A stretch of DNA of 64,000 nucleotides from an uncultured Candidatus Saccharibacteria bacterium (GTDB taxonomy: Bacteria > Patescibacteriota > Minisyncoccia > Phycocordibacterales > XYD1-FULL-46-19): assembly GCA_964510655.1 (NCBI GenBank), contig CAZEAY010000001.1:164944-228943 (forward strand), read 5' to 3'. A program made the position numbers and the translations under genes. Below the pieces are notes generated by a model. That model was given only the letters and a program-made list of their open reading frames with translations, was not told the origin of the DNA and searched no databases. Below are positions 63,940 to 64,000 of the stretch, in pieces; position 1 is the first letter of the stretch, and each line of letters opens with the position of its first letter.

Positions 63940-64000
63940 ATGAAACACCTAAGCCGTGCAGAAAAAGAAGCCTTGATATTGACAGATGTAAGGAATGCAC
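63940..64000 (+). CDS. 5' end of a gene running off the window (MKHLSRAEKEALILTDVRNA...)
   Basis: Open frame to window end with strong SD and promoter. Confidence 0.6.
   Translation, partial: MKHLSRAEKEALILTDVRNA

Noticed and set aside
1-64000. CRISPR array, cas genes, rRNA, integrase or transposase
   Set aside because: No regularly spaced repeats with unique spacers and no recognisable motifs for these genes

Overview
AT-rich bacterial chromosome segment. Gene content and style (single-domain receivers, C-terminally short UvrC and AlaRS, sigma-r4/HTH protein, FtsA-like gene before infA) point to a Patescibacteria/CPR, Parcubacteria-like genome (inference). It carries housekeeping genes (uvrC, ddl, ychF, leuS, mltG, mnmA, alaS, infA-rpmJ-rpsM-rpsK-rpsD-rpoA-rplQ-rplM-rpsI, grpE-dnaK-dnaJ), two tRNA-Ala genes and an accessory right end. 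The main unexplained pattern is two different gene architectures. Native genes lack Shine-Dalgarno (SD) sites and often have a -10 box only 4-9 nt before ATG. About 15 dispersed, visibly GC-richer solo genes (adk-like, upp, ndk-like, KhpA-like, DUF397, GRDP-like and ORFans) each have their own promoter, a leader often containing a boxA-like TCTT(T) motif, an SD site and, where the 3' end is visible, a GC-rich hairpin. Other points: structured elements behind both tRNAs, palindromic/heptamer repeats inserted in-frame in alaS and mnmA, a NUDIX domain inside LeuRS, a prenyl-synthase-like/IDI fusion, a SET + 7TM-kinase cluster, and an E1/aminotransferase/double ATP-grasp cluster. No CRISPR array, rRNA, integrase or transposase was recognised. 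All family calls come from motif recognition by eye, not database searches.
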